Positions 51,584 through 63,074 of a stretch of DNA of 64,000 bases are shown piece after piece. Source of the DNA: Planctomycetota bacterium (lineage in GTDB: Bacteria; Planctomycetota; B15-G4; SIAN01); the NCBI GenBank assembly GCA_031409275.1, contig JANNXA010000027.1, positions 96,001-160,000 of the forward strand, written 5' to 3'. Position 1 is the stretch's first letter, and the number at the start of each line of letters is the position of its first letter. The notes beneath the pieces were generated by a model. That model saw only the letters and a list, made by a program, of their open reading frames with translations, was not told where the DNA came from and ran no database searches. The position numbers and the translations under genes were made by a program.

Positions 51584-54500
51584 TCAGAACTCGGCGCGCA
51601 CCTGGATGCTCTCGACCGCCGGCAGCCGCGTGTGGATCGACAACTGGCTGTTGTCGGCCGTCGTGTCGAACGTGATGCGCCAACGCAGGAACTGTCGGCC
51701 GTTGGCGATCGCGACGTTCGACGACCATGCGGTCAGGCTGGCAGGGTCGACTTCTTTCGAGCCGTCGACGATCGAGTCCGCGCCTTGGAACTCCACCTTG
51801 ATGGTGGCGTTCAGCGGAATGAAGTCGGCGCGCGGCTCCTCGCCCTTCAGGTAGGTCTTGCTGCCTGGATCGATCTGGCCGAGGTACCCGCAGACGATGT
51901 CCGTCGTCGAGGGCGAGAGGACGTTGCCCGCCGAGTCGGTCGCGACGAAGCCGCTTCCGTTCAGTCCGCTGAAGGAGAAGACCGGGTTGGTATTGGAGGG
52001 CGCGCGCTTGATGACGCGGCCGAAGTCGGCCCAGGTCGAGATCGCGACGCTGATCGGCGTGAACTCGACCGGGGCGAGCGTGTTGGTCGGGTCGATCCAG
52101 GAACTCGGCGGGCGGATGCTGCCGTTGGTGTCCGTGGTGCCTGGGAACGTCACCGTGGCGATGTTGCCCGACGGCACCTGCAACTGGATCAGTCCGTTGC
52201 CGCCATCGCCGCCGTCGCCAGCGGTGCCACTGCCCGAGTTCCCGCAGTCGAGGTAGTCGTTGTCCGGCGAAGCGTCATCGCCGAAGCCGCGACGCACGTC
52301 GATCACGGCGTTCTGCTTGACCGTGACGCTGGTGGACGACTGGAGGATCACCATGCCGCCGGCTCCGCCGCCGCCACCGCCGCCACAGTACGAGCAGGCG
52401 ATGCCCTCGCCGCCTCCGCCGTTGCCGCCCACGGCGTCGATGAGTGCCGTCGCTTCCAGCGTGATCGCCCCGAGCGCTTGCAGCAGGAAGGCGCCGCCAC
52501 CGCCGCCGCCACCGCCGCCGCGCGAGTCGCCGACGGACGCGGCGCGGGTGTTGTTGTTGACGAATCCGTCGAAGGGACCGCAGCAGTTGTCGTTGGTCGT
52601 GTCGGAGTCGAGTTCGCACCATTTACCGCAGTAGTAGGCGTCGGCCAACGTGCCGCCACCGCCGCCGCCCTGGCCACCGATCAGTCGCTTCAACTGGCCG
52701 AGCTTGCCGAAATAGTCGTTGGTCGTGGTGCCGTCGTCAGCGAATGGATGAGCGCCCGGCGTTCCGGCAAGGCACGTGGTGTCCGTGCGGATGATCCACT
52801 TGCCCGTGCCGTCCGGCAGCACGTTGGCGATGCCGTTCATCACGTTGCCGCTGGTGTCCTTGGGGGTCAGCCCCTCGCGGAAGTGCGAGCCGCCGCCGCC
52901 GCCGGCGATCTTGCAGTTCGAGTTCCCGCTTCGGAACTCGTCGCACGTTCCCCATTCGTGGTCGGTCGCGTATTTGCCAGAGACCGGCACATCGAGGATG
53001 CCGCTCTGGGCGCCCGTGCCGCCAATCCGCTTCATGACCCCGTCCACCGGGTCGATCCCGAAACCGGTCTCTGCCCACTGCGGCGTCACCAGCGTCAGGT
53101 AGTTGATGGTGTCCGCGGGGAAGAACGCGACTGGGTGGGCATCCCCGCCGCGCCCGCCGCCCGCGACGGAGGCGCCGCCCGGGATCGAGGTGATTGCGGA
53201 GTCGTAGGCGAACTCGCTCGAGCCGTTGTCCCCTCGAACGACGATGTCGCCCGCGATGCGCACCGATCCGGTGGCCGTGATGACCAGCGGATTGCTGCCG
53301 GCCGGCTGCAGGCTGACCCCGTCAGGAATGTCGATGTCGGTGAAGTTGAAGACGCCGCCGATGACCACGGTGTTGGGCTTCGCGTCGGGAGTCGAGCCGT
53401 CGAGCAACGGGAACGTCTGCGACGTGGTGTCGAGGATGACCACGTTGGTTTGCCCGCTGGCCGGTTGAGCCGGCAGGAAGCGCCCGAGTGCGCCGTCACC
53501 ATCGAATTCGAGCGCGGCCTGCAGGATGGAAGAGTGGTTCACGTTCCAGTCGGCGGGCAGGTTGCCGGCGCCGATCTGGTCGATGTCGCCCTCTTCGCGC
53601 GAGTTGTCGTCGAAGTCCTCGACGAACGCGTCCGCGATGGTCCCCGATGGAGCGGTCGCGACAGTGAAGGTCGTGGCCACGACCGGGCCGCCGGCCGGCG
53701 TGCCCGACTGCGCGAGTCCTTGCAACTCGGCGTCGTACTGAAGCGCCAGCATGTGACCGAACGGCAAGATGCCCGAAGGCGTGATCTCGACCAACGCACG
53801 ATCCGTCTCATTCTCCAGCAGCCGGAGGTCGATTCCGAGCGGCAGGCCGTTGTCGTCGAGATCAACCAGCTGGAAAACGGTGTCGTTCAGGTTGGTAGTC
53901 GCAGGGTTGAGCGGGCCATCGAACGACAGCTGGAAGCGCTGCGGCGCCGGGAACAGCTGGTCGGGATCACTGAAAAGGTTGGGTGAGATCCCGGAAGAAC
54001 CGTCGACCGGATCGACGTCGACGAGCTGCGGAGTGGTCGCCGCGACGCCGCGGAAAGCGTCGGCGGTTGGCGTCGGCAGCGTTCGAAAGCGGATGAAGAT
54101 GCCGCCACTATCGAGGGCGTCGGGGAAACTTGCGCGCAGAGTCGGCGCGACGCTTCGAACGAAGGAAAACGAGGCCGGTCCCAATCGGATCGTGTAGCCC
54201 TGGTTGAAGAGCAACCCGGCGCCGCCGTTGTCGAGCTGGCCGTTGACCGTCGTCCCGACCGGCCGCACCGGCAGAGAGGGAGTGAACGTGACGACCGAAC
54301 CGGCGACTTCGAACGTGCCGGATACCGGCAAGTTGGAGGCATCGAGGATCGGAATCACCGTCGCGTTGATGCGGTTGGGGTCGGGGTTTCCGCTGAACGT
54401 GAACTCGACCGACTGCACCAACGACGCGGTCTGCGGCGGAGACGTCTCCGGCTCGGAGTTGACGTCGTTGGGATCGGGGAAACGGACGGCGAGGAGCGTG

Positions 54501-54649
54501 GCCGACGACTCGTAGGAGCTAGCACCGGTCGTGCTCTTGCCACCGGAGCCGCAGCCAAACAGCAAGGCGGTCAGTAGCGCGGTTCCAGCGACGCGGACGA
54601 ACTGGCACCGACCGTCGGCCGGTGCCAAATGGGCGTACGGAATCAACAT
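51584..54649 (-). CDS. Large lipoprotein with Ig-like domains and a glycine-rich C-terminal region
   Basis: SD AGGAG before ATG 54649; lipobox [48 protein letters not shown] tracts. Confidence 0.8.
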   Translation of the reverse strand: MLIPYAHLAPADGRCQFVRVAGTALLTALLFGCGSGGKSTTGASSYESSATLLAVRFPDPNDVNSEPETSPPQTASLVQSVEFTFSGNPDPNRINATVIPILDASNLPVSGTFEVAGSVVTFTPSLPVRPVGTTVNGQLDNGGAGLLFNQGYTIRLGPASFSFVRSVAPTLRASFPDALDSGGIFIRFRTLPTPTADAFRGVAATTPQLVDVDPVDGSSGISPNLFSDPDQLFPAPQRFQLSFDGPLNPATTNLNDTVFQLVDLDDNGLPLGIDLRLLENETDRALVEITPSGILPFGHMLALQYDAELQGLAQSGTPAGGPVVATTFTVATAPSGTIADAFVEDFDDNSREEGDIDQIGAGNLPADWNVNHSSILQAALEFDGDGALGRFLPAQPASGQTNVVILDTTSQTFPLLDGSTPDAKPNTVVIGGVFNFTDIDIPDGVSLQPAGSNPLVITATGSVRIAGDIVVRGDNGSSEFAYDSAITSIPGGASVAGGGRGGDAHPVAFFPADTINYLTLVTPQWAETGFGIDPVDGVMKRIGGTGAQSGILDVPVSGKYATDHEWGTCDEFRSGNSNCKIAGGGGGSHFREGLTPKDTSGNVMNGIANVLPDGTGKWIIRTDTTCLAGTPGAHPFADDGTTTNDYFGKLGQLKRLIGGQGGGGGGTLADAYYCGKWCELDSDTTNDNCCGPFDGFVNNNTRAASVGDSRGGGGGGGGGAFLLQALGAITLEATALIDAVGGNGGGGEGIACSYCGGGGGGGAGGMVILQSSTSVTVKQNAVIDVRRGFGDDASPDNDYLDCGNSGSGTAGDGGDGGNGLIQLQVPSGNIATVTFPGTTDTNGSIRPPSSWIDPTNTLAPVEFTPISVAISTWADFGRVIKRAPSNTNPVFSFSGLNGSGFVATDSAGNVLSPSTTDIVCGYLGQIDPGSKTYLKGEEPRADFIPLNATIKVEFQGADSIVDGSKEVDPASLTAWSSNVAIANGRQFLRWRITFDTTADNSQLSIHTRLPAVESIQVRAEF

Positions 54650-54899
54650 CCCCGAGATCTCCTGTTCTGCGACCGCGGCCTTCTCCGAGTTCCACGTAGC
54701 TGGAACTTCCGGATATGGCAACGACCTCGCCTCGGACCGCCCCTCTGCGAGAAGTGGCCCTGGCAAGCGTGGTGGTTTCTTCTGCGGCGACGCTTTAACT
54801 ATCGCTCGTTCGCCTCGGCCGCAACGCTCGGGTTGCAACGATCGCGTGGCGGTGGAGCGCGGAGACCCGGGGCACAGCGGCCCGACGTCACGAGACTTC

Positions 54900-57800
54900 A
54901 TGCGCGTCGTCGTCTTTCAATTCCTCGCGTCGTTGGCGTGCGCTCCGCCTGCCCTCGCGGCGGAGACGCCGGCGGCGCTTCCGTGCCCGGCGGCGCGAAA
55001 CGCCATCACTGTCGACGGCGACCTCAAGGAGTGGGGACTCGTCGAGGGCGATTGGCACGTCCTGACCGGGCGAGGTTCGGAACTAGCCCAGAAAGACCTG
55101 AGCGCGACCGCCGTCCTTCGTTACGACGCGGACGCCCTCTATCTCGCGCTCCGATTGCAGGACGAGAAGCGCATCGTCGACACCCCCAATTTCTGGGACG
55201 CCGACGGAATCGACCTCTACTTCGAGGGTGGCGAGTCCGATTCGCAGTCGCCCGGCGGCACCAGCCGCACGCGGCTGGTCTTGCTCCCTTTCAACGCCGG
55301 GCGCCGATTTGGCGTCATCACGTGGCGTGGAAAGCAGGTCCTCGGCGCCGGCGGCCTGACCGGGGTCGAAGTTGCGGCTCACGAACTGGCGGTCGGAAGT
55401 GGAGCTTTCGTCGTCGAGGCGCGGGTCCCGTGGCGACCGCTGCGACTTGACCCCAACGGTACGACCCCGATCGGCTTCGACCTGGCTTTGCGCGACCGCG
55501 ACAGCGGCGACCGCGCGGAGGGCGACGCGCCGCTCGCGCGCGCGACGCTGTCGCTCAGCGGGCAGATCGACCGCACGCGTCTCGACGAACCGCTCCCACT
55601 TCTGGAGCTGAGCGGCGAGCCCCCTTCGAGGCGCTCGAGCGGTCGCTTCACGTCGAGCGGCATCGGACTCGCCGTGGCGCTCGCGATCCTGGTGGTGTCC
55701 TGGGGAGTCGGCAAGTCGGCCAAGCGAGCCCAGCGCGTCCTTCAGATCCGCATTCCCCGTTGGCGGGTGGTGGGCCCGGTCGTCTTCGGCATCGGCGCGC
55801 TCCTTCTGGTGTTTGGCGTCGATGCCGCTGATCTGTTGGCGACATGGCGAGCGGAGGCGCGCCTACGCGAGCGTGGCGAACAGGTCGCCGCAGCGTTCGC
55901 CGAGCTCGAACTCACGGAGGTGGCGGCGCGGTTGCGCGGCGCCGACGAGACGACGCTGCGGGAGCTGCTCGAAGGGCGGGAGCTGGCGATCCCCGAATCG
56001 AATCGCTTCGAGCAGATCGCGCTGCTCGGCGAAGACGAGCGCGGGCCAGGCGACTACCGCTCGCTCGATCCCATCGCGGGCGTGCCGTTCTCCGAGTACG
56101 GCGTTCGCCTTGGCGGCACCCGTGGCGCTCCCGACAGCGCCGACCTGCTGGACGTGGTGCTCGACGTGCCGATGGCGGTTCGTCGCGTCCATCTGGCGAT
56201 GGCGGCGCTGTTGCCGGAGAGCGCGCGCAAGGCCGGAGGCCAGATCGTCGACGCGGTCGAGTTGCAGCTGCGCTCCGCGCAACGGTCGCGCGAGACGGCG
56301 CAGATCCAGCGTTTCACCATCGATGACGCGCGCAGCGAGCCGATCGGCCATCAGGAGCGGGCGTGGGGCCGGGCGCGGCTGCGCGCCGGGCCGCGCGAGG
56401 AACCGTGGCTCGCCGCCGAACTCGCCGGACAGGAACTTCGCCACGTCGACCATTTCGTCGTCGAAGTCGTGCCGCCGGCAGCGGCCGGTGAAGGTGATCC
56501 GCTGTTGGCCCGCTTGACGCTGTTGCCGACGCGCGCGGCGGCAGGAGCGACGCTGTGGGTTTCCGGCATCACGCTCGAACTCGCTGGAGCGACGCCGCGC
56601 TACGTTCCGCTGCTCCTTGGCAGCAACGATCGCAATGGCTTCCCGATGCCGATGCGCGCGGGGCGGCCGGCGCCGCGCGAGCTGCGGCTGCTCCCGAAAG
56701 GCGGCGCTGAGGCGACCCGATCGCTGCTCTATGGCCGGACCGGCCAGCCACCGCTCGAACTCAAGCGGCTGCGTCTCTACTACCGCGCCGAAGGGCCCGT
56801 CCTGCGGGCGTTCTCCGACGCGGCGACCCTTCGCGTGCGAGCGTGGGTGCTGGTCAGCGTCGAAGGCGAAGCGGAGCCGCGGCGATTCCCGTTGCGGGCC
56901 GGACTCGAGATCGACGACGCGCAGCTCTACGAACCGCAGCATCCCGCCTCGATGACGAGCTTCCTGGCGGCGACGTTCGAGACGCGCCAAGGGTTGCTGC
57001 ATTACGACGGGTTCGAGCTGCCGCTCGCTCCGTCCGATCCCGCGGCGTCCTTGCGCGTGACCAAGGTCGAGATCGAGCAACCGCCCGAGACGCGCGGTGC
57101 GCTCGTCGTGGCCGGAATGAGCGCGTTGGTGCGAGACGAACCGCCGCCTCCGCCTCGCCTCGCGGCACTCGTGCTGGCGGGCGGCAAGCTCGCGTTCGCG
57201 CCGAAGATCCGTGCGGCGCTCGCCGACGAGACGCTGCCGCTCTCCTTCGCGGTGGCCCGCGGAGGAGTCGTGCGCCAGGTGGGCGGCGCGCTTCCTCTCG
57301 GGGATGCGCAACGACTGCTTGGCACCGGGCTCGTCGGCAGCGATGCGGCGATCAGCGGCCTCGTCGTGCGTCGCGAACAACGGATCGGCCGTTCGCTGCT
57401 GACCCTGCCGTTGACCTGCACCATCGGCGGGATCCGCTACGAAGTGCTGCTGTCGGTTGAACGGCCGGCGCTGACCGAACTGCGCACGGCACGCGCCGCT
57501 GCGGCGTGGATCCTCGGCCTGCTGGCGTTGCCGTTCCTGCTCCTGCTGCTGGTCGACGCGTTGGCGCGAATCGCCCGCGTCCGTACCCGCCTCTCGTTCC
57601 TGTTCTTGCTGACCTCCTTGGCGCCGCTGATCGTCCTCTTCGCCGTGCTGGCGAACCTCCTCGCCGCCGAGCAGCGCCGTTCCGAGGAGCGTCGATCCGG
57701 CGAACTGATCGGGCAGCTGCGCGAGAGGTTGACCCGGCTGTGCGCACTGGCTGACGACCACGCGCAGCGCACGTTGCGTGACCTCGAGTCGAGCGAGATC

Positions 57801-60764
57801 CTCACCGCTCGGGTGAGCGACGATGAAGTGCGGCGCCGACTGCGGCAGATGGCGCAGGCTTTCCCGGACCCCGATGTGACGGTGGCGATCGTGGTCGAGG
57901 CGCCGAGCGAGGCGGGCGCGGCGCGGCGCATCCACTCGGGCGAGATCGTCGCGGCCGATCCTCGATTTGACGCCTCCCACGAAGGACTCGCGTTGTCCTG
58001 GGGCGAAGTGGTCTTCTCTGGCTCGGCGGACAACCACCGACGCGGCTTGAAGGTGCGTGTGGCGGGGCGCGTGGACGTCGCCGCGTTGGCGACCGTCCGC
58101 GGCAGCGCCGAGCAGGGCGAAGTGGTCGCGCTGCTCTCGCCGCACGTGCGGCGCGAAGGAGTCGACATCGAAGGCGGCGAACCGATCGCGGCGACGGGAG
58201 TGTTGCCGCTCGATGGCGGCGCGAAGCGGGCGGCCGCCCGCGATCTCGATGCCGGTCGCGGCGCCTTCTTTGCACCGCTGCCGGCAGGCGGGACTTGCGG
58301 CTACGACTTGCTGCGTGGCTCGTCCGGCGATCCGGTAGCGATCATCGCGGCGGCGCTCGATGCGCGACCCGTACGTGTTCGCATCGGCGCTCTTGACGTC
58401 GACCTTTCATGGTTCGTGCTAGCGCTTGGTGCAGTGATTCTCGCGGCGTCGCACTTCCTCGGGTCGGTGGTCACCGAGGGGATCACCCGGCCGCTCGCGC
58501 GAGTGCTGCGTGGCGCGCTCGAACGCATCGAGGGGTCAGGCATCGCGCGTCGCACCACTGGCGTGCCCGGCGACGATGCCGAGGACGAAGTCGCTTCGCT
58601 CGAGACGTCGTTCCAGCGTCTGTGGGACGAGCTGGCGCGACGCGGCAGCCAGCAGGCACTCCTGGTCGAGCTGATCGGGGCGATGGCGCAGCCAGGCGAG
58701 CTCTCGGATCGCTCGTTGCGCGCGCTGCGTTTCGTTCGACAGCTTCTCGGCGGCGAGTCGCTCGGCTGCTGGCTGCACGATCCGGCGGACGATCGCCTCG
58801 TGCTGGTGGCCGAACTCTCCGAGGGCGCGCCACTCGGCTGGCCGCAGCGTCTCGAATTGGACGAAGCGCGCGAATGGCTGCGCGAGCGCAAGGCGTTGTC
58901 GATCGCGGCGGATCAGCAATCGCCCGCGATTGCGGCGACGCTCGGCGGTGGAGCGGTGCGATTGCTCGTCCTGCCGCTCGAACTGGGGGCGCGGGCGATC
59001 GGGCTGATCGCCGTCCGACATGGCGAGAGCGCTGACCCGCTCGCCGGCCACGATCCGGCGCTGGTCAGCGGCGTACTCGGGCAAGTGGCGGCCGGCATCG
59101 AGCGCGCACGGCTCGAGACGCGCTCGATCGAAGACGCCGAAACGGGGCTCTTCGTCCACTCCCATTTCGTCGCGCGACTGAACGAGGAGATCGACCGTGC
59201 CGCGCACAGCGATCGGCCGCTCGCAGTGCTTCTGTTGCGGCTCGATCCGGAAAACGGAGCGACGTCACTGCGGCGCGAGGAGCTGCGGCGTCACGCGATC
59301 GCATGCGCGCGCGAGCTTCGCCGCGCCTGTCGCGAGCGCGAGATCGTCGGCCGCGCCGCGCCGCTCGAGTTCGAAGTGGTCGCGCCATACGGTGGCCGCA
59401 CGCGTGCCGAGGAGCTCGCCGCCGATCTCCGCCAGCGCCTCGCGGATCCGCAGGCGCTCGGCGCGGAGCTGGCGGGACGGCTGCGAGTGGCGATCGCCGA
59501 GTTTCCCGGCGATGCGCGCAGCGTCGATTTTCTCTACGGGCTGCTCCATCGCCGTCTCGATGCGACTGCAGCAACCGACGTCGCCCCGCCCGCCGCAGAG
59601 ACGCTCGAGCGCTTCCGTCAGCGCTTTCCCGAGTTTGGTTTCGGTTCTCCGCGCATGGAGCCGGTGCTGCGCCAGCTCGAGAAGGTCGCGGCGAGTGATG
59701 CCAGCGTGCTCTTGCTGGGAGAGACCGGCACCGGCAAGGAGGTCGCGGCGCAGCTGTTGCACCGACTCGGCCCACGCGCGTCGGGTCCATTCGTCGCGGT
59801 TCATTGCGCCGCGTTGCCGGAGAATCTCCTCGAGTCGGAGCTCTTTGGCCACGAGAAGGGCGCTTTCACGGGCGCGGATCAGCGGCGGCTCGGTCGCTTC
59901 GAGCTGGCGCGCGGCGGAACGCTCTTCCTGGATGAAGTCGGAGAGATCCCGCTCACGGTTCAGGTCAAACTCCTGCGAGTCCTGCAGGAGCGAAAGGTGC
60001 AGCGACTCGGCGGCAGTGAGGAGATTGCGGTCGACGTTCGGCTGGTGACGGCGACGCATCAGTCGCTCGAACGCGGCGTGGCCCAAGGCACCTTCCGCGA
60101 GGATCTTTTCTATCGGTTGAAGGTGGTGACGCTCGAACTGCCGCCTCTGCGCGAGCGTCTCGACGAGATCCCGCAGCTCGTCGACCGCTTCCTGCAGATG
60201 CGCCGCCAGGCCGATCCAACTTGTCGAGTTCGGGGCATCGAGCCAGCAGCGCTCGACGTCCTCGCGCGCCACCAATGGCCAGGCAACGTCCGCGAGCTAC
60301 GCAACGTGATCGAGCGCGCCGTCGTGCTCGGCGACGGCGAGTGGGTTCGTCGCGACGACCTTGAAGTCGCGCAGCCGCCGCAGCCGCCGCAGCAGCTGCG
60401 GGCAGTGGAGTCAGGAGCAGCAGTGCCGGCGGCCTCCGCGACTCCCGCCGCGACTCCCGCCGCGGCTCCCGCCGCGGCTCCCGCCGCGGCCCCGCGTCCG
60501 GCCGTGGCGGCGCCGGCGGAGGCTCCGCGTGCCGACCGGACGGCGGCCGCTCCTCGTCCCTCGTTGACCCCTCGTCAGGTGCGCATCCTCGCGATTGCTC
60601 GAGAACACGGCGGAATCGTCACGTCGCGCCAGTATGGGGAGCTTGAGGGGCTGTCTCAGCGCACAGCTCTTCGTGATCTCAGTGACCTCGTCGCACTCGG
60701 CGTCCTGGCTCGAATCGGTACACGTCGCGGCGCGAGCTACCAACTCTTCGAGTCGACGGAATAG
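54900..60764 (+). CDS. Giant membrane-integral sigma54-dependent enhancer-binding protein
   Basis: Signal peptide; CBM9-like [10 protein letters not shown]; five TM segments; HAMP; GAF; degenerate [53 protein letters not shown]-terminal winged helix. Confidence 0.9.
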   Translation: MRVVVFQFLASLACAPPALAAETPAALPCPAARNAITVDGDLKEWGLVEGDWHVLTGRGSELAQKDLSATAVLRYDADALYLALRLQDEKRIVDTPNFWDADGIDLYFEGGESDSQSPGGTSRTRLVLLPFNAGRRFGVITWRGKQVLGAGGLTGVEVAAHELAVGSGAFVVEARVPWRPLRLDPNGTTPIGFDLALRDRDSGDRAEGDAPLARATLSLSGQIDRTRLDEPLPLLELSGEPPSRRSSGRFTSSGIGLAVALAILVVSWGVGKSAKRAQRVLQIRIPRWRVVGPVVFGIGALLLVFGVDAADLLATWRAEARLRERGEQVAAAFAELELTEVAARLRGADETTLRELLEGRELAIPESNRFEQIALLGEDERGPGDYRSLDPIAGVPFSEYGVRLGGTRGAPDSADLLDVVLDVPMAVRRVHLAMAALLPESARKAGGQIVDAVELQLRSAQRSRETAQIQRFTIDDARSEPIGHQERAWGRARLRAGPREEPWLAAELAGQELRHVDHFVVEVVPPAAAGEGDPLLARLTLLPTRAAAGATLWVSGITLELAGATPRYVPLLLGSNDRNGFPMPMRAGRPAPRELRLLPKGGAEATRSLLYGRTGQPPLELKRLRLYYRAEGPVLRAFSDAATLRVRAWVLVSVEGEAEPRRFPLRAGLEIDDAQLYEPQHPASMTSFLAATFETRQGLLHYDGFELPLAPSDPAASLRVTKVEIEQPPETRGALVVAGMSALVRDEPPPPPRLAALVLAGGKLAFAPKIRAALADETLPLSFAVARGGVVRQVGGALPLGDAQRLLGTGLVGSDAAISGLVVRREQRIGRSLLTLPLTCTIGGIRYEVLLSVERPALTELRTARAAAAWILGLLALPFLLLLLVDALARIARVRTRLSFLFLLTSLAPLIVLFAVLANLLAAEQRRSEERRSGELIGQLRERLTRLCALADDHAQRTLRDLESSEILTARVSDDEVRRRLRQMAQAFPDPDVTVAIVVEAPSEAGAARRIHSGEIVAADPRFDASHEGLALSWGEVVFSGSADNHRRGLKVRVAGRVDVAALATVRGSAEQGEVVALLSPHVRREGVDIEGGEPIAATGVLPLDGGAKRAAARDLDAGRGAFFAPLPAGGTCGYDLLRGSSGDPVAIIAAALDARPVRVRIGALDVDLSWFVLALGAVILAASHFLGSVVTEGITRPLARVLRGALERIEGSGIARRTTGVPGDDAEDEVASLETSFQRLWDELARRGSQQALLVELIGAMAQPGELSDRSLRALRFVRQLLGGESLGCWLHDPADDRLVLVAELSEGAPLGWPQRLELDEAREWLRERKALSIAADQQSPAIAATLGGGAVRLLVLPLELGARAIGLIAVRHGESADPLAGHDPALVSGVLGQVAAGIERARLETRSIEDAETGLFVHSHFVARLNEEIDRAAHSDRPLAVLLLRLDPENGATSLRREELRRHAIACARELRRACREREIVGRAAPLEFEVVAPYGGRTRAEELAADLRQRLADPQALGAELAGRLRVAIAEFPGDARSVDFLYGLLHRRLDATAATDVAPPAAETLERFRQRFPEFGFGSPRMEPVLRQLEKVAASDASVLLLGETGTGKEVAAQLLHRLGPRASGPFVAVHCAALPENLLESELFGHEKGAFTGADQRRLGRFELARGGTLFLDEVGEIPLTVQVKLLRVLQERKVQRLGGSEEIAVDVRLVTATHQSLERGVAQGTFREDLFYRLKVVTLELPPLRERLDEIPQLVDRFLQMRRQADPTCRVRGIEPAALDVLARHQWPGNVRELRNVIERAVVLGDGEWVRRDDLEVAQPPQPPQQLRAVESGAAVPAASATPAATPAAAPAAAPAAAPRPAVAAPAEAPRADRTAAAPRPSLTPRQVRILAIAREHGGIVTSRQYGELEGLSQRTALRDLSDLVALGVLARIGTRRGASYQLFESTE

Positions 60765-60989
60765 GTCTTATTCCGATCTTTGATGCGGCGTCCGCCGGCC
60801 GGAATGGCCCTGTTTGTCTGTTAATGGCGGAATGTCTGAATCGATCTTCGGCGAGTCGAGCGTCTCTCGAGGGGCCTGTATTAGATAAATTGTACTTTCC
60901 ATAAGATGCTTATTCGTAGTGGATTAAGTTCGATCATCGCCCTCGAAGATGGCACCTCGAACTGTCCGATAGGCCTCAAGATTCGGACA

Positions 60990-61004
60990 TGGCACGGAGG
61001 TTGT
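60990..61004 (+). promoter_or_regulatory. Sigma54 (-24/-12) promoter candidate
   Basis: TGGCACGGAGGTTGT: consensus -24 box, GG-N10-GT spacing; -12 is GT rather than GC. Confidence 0.55.
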
Positions 61005-61082
61005 TCGTGTTCTGTCGGAATCAGACCCGGGGTGCGGTTGTACTCGGGGTCTCCTCCTGTGCTCGACTCCGAGGAGAACGCC

Positions 61083-61508
61083 GTGTCCAAGGCTCCAAAC
61101 CCGCGCACGATGTTCGTGATCGTCGCCCTGGTGGTCTGCCTCGTCGGGACGGACTCGGCGCTGGCTCACGCGACGAAGCCGCTGCCGAAAGTCTCGATCA
61201 GCGGAAAGGTTCTGATCGGCGACGCGAAGTCGTTCCATTCCGTGGCGATCGTCGACCGTCGCCAGGTCTTCGAAGCGATCCCAGCGATTCGGACCCTGCG
61301 CGCCGAGAAGACGCCGCGCGACAGCGCCCGCTATCACTTCCTCGTCTACGAAGCCAATCGGGAGTTCCAGCGCGCCATCACGGCGGCCGCGTCTCGCCGT
61401 GGGATTGACCTCGTCGTCGAGGCGGGCGGCGTTCAGGCGGCCGGGATCGAAGTTGCCAACCTCAACGAAGACGCGATCGCCTTTTTCAAACCGACGGTGA
61501 AGCGGTGA
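61083..61508 (+). CDS. Exported small protein resembling a shortened Skp/OmpH
   Basis: SD GAGGAG, GTG start, signal peptide ALA; VAIVD..VFEAIP ... AI.AAA...GIDLVV ... NLNEDAI. Confidence 0.55.
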   Translation: MSKAPNPRTMFVIVALVVCLVGTDSALAHATKPLPKVSISGKVLIGDAKSFHSVAIVDRRQVFEAIPAIRTLRAEKTPRDSARYHFLVYEANREFQRAITAAASRRGIDLVVEAGGVQAAGIEVANLNEDAIAFFKPTVKR

Positions 61509-62911
61509 TGGCGCTTCGTACTCGCCGGACGATCCTCAGCACGATCCCGGTGCTGCTCGTGACGTCGGGCTGCGTTTCGGAGCCGAGCCACCCGCGCCCG
61601 CGGTCGTTCCATCTCGTCGAGGGTGCTGGGACCGATCGCGTGTCACGGACGCGCGGCGCCGAGTTCGCCCGCGGTCCGCGTGCCTTCACGGCGCCCGCCG
61701 AGTCCAAAGAGGCTGGCGCCGTCGACGCCGATCGCTCCCAGGACGCGTTGCAGGCGGAGGTCCTGCCCACCGAGGATCAGCCGGCGTCGAGCCCGTTCCA
61801 CCGCTTCGAGTGGAACCTGATCCGCAATCCTGACGGGACATTGACCAAGCTCTACTACTTCCGCGCGCAGCCCAACGGCCCGGGCGCCAAGAGCTACGTC
61901 GAACTGCTGTCGCGCTTCATTCCGGGATTCTCCGGCCTCTCGCCCGATCAGGACTACTGGATCAAGGAGAAGTTCCTGATCGATCCGCGCAAGGAGAGCC
62001 ACGAAAACTGGCAGAACGCCGGCGGATCGGGACTCGTGCTCGGCAACGGTTCGGTCGCCGATCTTTTCATGGTGACCGGCAGCGAGGACATGCTCCAGCA
62101 GATCGACGAGTTCCTCGCCAGCCTGATGGCCGACGTGCCGCAGATCGAGATCGAGACGACGATCGTCGAGATCTCGCTCGACGACGAGCTCGCGACCGGC
62201 TCGAAGCTTTCGTTCACGCGCGGGACCCCGACCGATCCGTCGGGAACGCTGATCCAGGACGTCACGGTCAAGCTGGCCGAGAATCTGGTGAACGGCACCT
62301 TCGGGACGTTTCACGCGATCCACGACGAGGTCGTGGTCAACGGCCTGCTCGAACTGCTGCAGTCGACCACCGATTCTGAGGTGCTCTCGGCGCCGAAGCT
62401 CGCCGTGCTGAACGGCCACCGCGCGATCATCGACACCGGTTCTGAGACGCCATTCTTCACGCCCACCTTCAGCGCGAACGGCGTCTCTTCGATCGTCACT
62501 CAGTTCAAGCCGACCGGCATTTCGGTCGTGGTGACGCCCTTCATCCTCACCGCGGGGATGGTGCAGCTCGAGATCTCGGTGGAGGTCTCGGCGGTCACCG
62601 GCTTCGTCACCGCCGCGATCAGTTCGACGGCTTCGGTCGAGAACCCGCTCATCTCTCGGCGCAACGCGCACACCGTGGTGAACGTGCCGTCGGGCAAGAC
62701 CGTGATGATCGGCGGGCTCGTCACGACCGACGACATCGAGTCAGTCGAGAAGGTGCCGTGGCTCGGCGACATCCCGCTGCTCGGCTACCTCTTCAAGCAC
62801 AAGAAGACGACCTACCGAAAGGCTCAAGTGCTCTTCTTCGTCAAGCCGCGAATCATGCAGACGAAGCTGCGCGAAGCGGAGATCTACGACCCGGCGGAGG
62901 AGCTGCGCTGA
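61508..62911 (+). CDS. Secretin (GspD/PilQ/RcpA family) with lipoprotein signal
   Basis: Lipobox TSGC; PQIEIE.TIVEI, VLSAPKL.VLNG..A.I..G, G.TVMIGGL, KVPWLGDIPLLGYLFK, LFFVKPRI. Confidence 0.9.
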   Translation: MALRTRRTILSTIPVLLVTSGCVSEPSHPRPRSFHLVEGAGTDRVSRTRGAEFARGPRAFTAPAESKEAGAVDADRSQDALQAEVLPTEDQPASSPFHRFEWNLIRNPDGTLTKLYYFRAQPNGPGAKSYVELLSRFIPGFSGLSPDQDYWIKEKFLIDPRKESHENWQNAGGSGLVLGNGSVADLFMVTGSEDMLQQIDEFLASLMADVPQIEIETTIVEISLDDELATGSKLSFTRGTPTDPSGTLIQDVTVKLAENLVNGTFGTFHAIHDEVVVNGLLELLQSTTDSEVLSAPKLAVLNGHRAIIDTGSETPFFTPTFSANGVSSIVTQFKPTGISVVVTPFILTAGMVQLEISVEVSAVTGFVTAAISSTASVENPLISRRNAHTVVNVPSGKTVMIGGLVTTDDIESVEKVPWLGDIPLLGYLFKHKKTTYRKAQVLFFVKPRIMQTKLREAEIYDPAEELR

Positions 62912-62977
62912 GCGCAGGCGCCAGGGCCTTTTCGTTACGACACTCACCCGCGGCCAACTTTTTCGGCCGACCGACGA

Positions 62978-63021
62978 CCTGCCGGGATCCCGCGAAACGA
63001 ACAGTTCGGGATCCCGGCGGG
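62978..63021. terminator. Hairpin between convergent genes, possible terminator
   Basis: GCCGGGATCCCG (62981-92) / CGGGATCCCGGC (63007-18); no U-tract. Confidence 0.45.
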
Positions 63022-63074
63022 CCGTCACTTTCGCGCGATCGGTCCGCGCGCGCTGCGCAGCCGGTCGCCTGCCG

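Noticed and set aside
51311..53986. 891-aa plus-strand ORF (and the 901-aa ORF at 44130-46835)
   Set aside because: Antisense shadows of the Ig-domain lipoprotein genes.
54531..54899. N-terminal extensions of the activator ORF and of the divergent lipoprotein ORF
   Set aside because: They overlap each other; signal peptides start at 54900 and 54649.
59120..59560. Active diguanylate cyclase
   Set aside because: The GG(D/E)EF site reads APLEF, so it is treated as catalytically degenerate.
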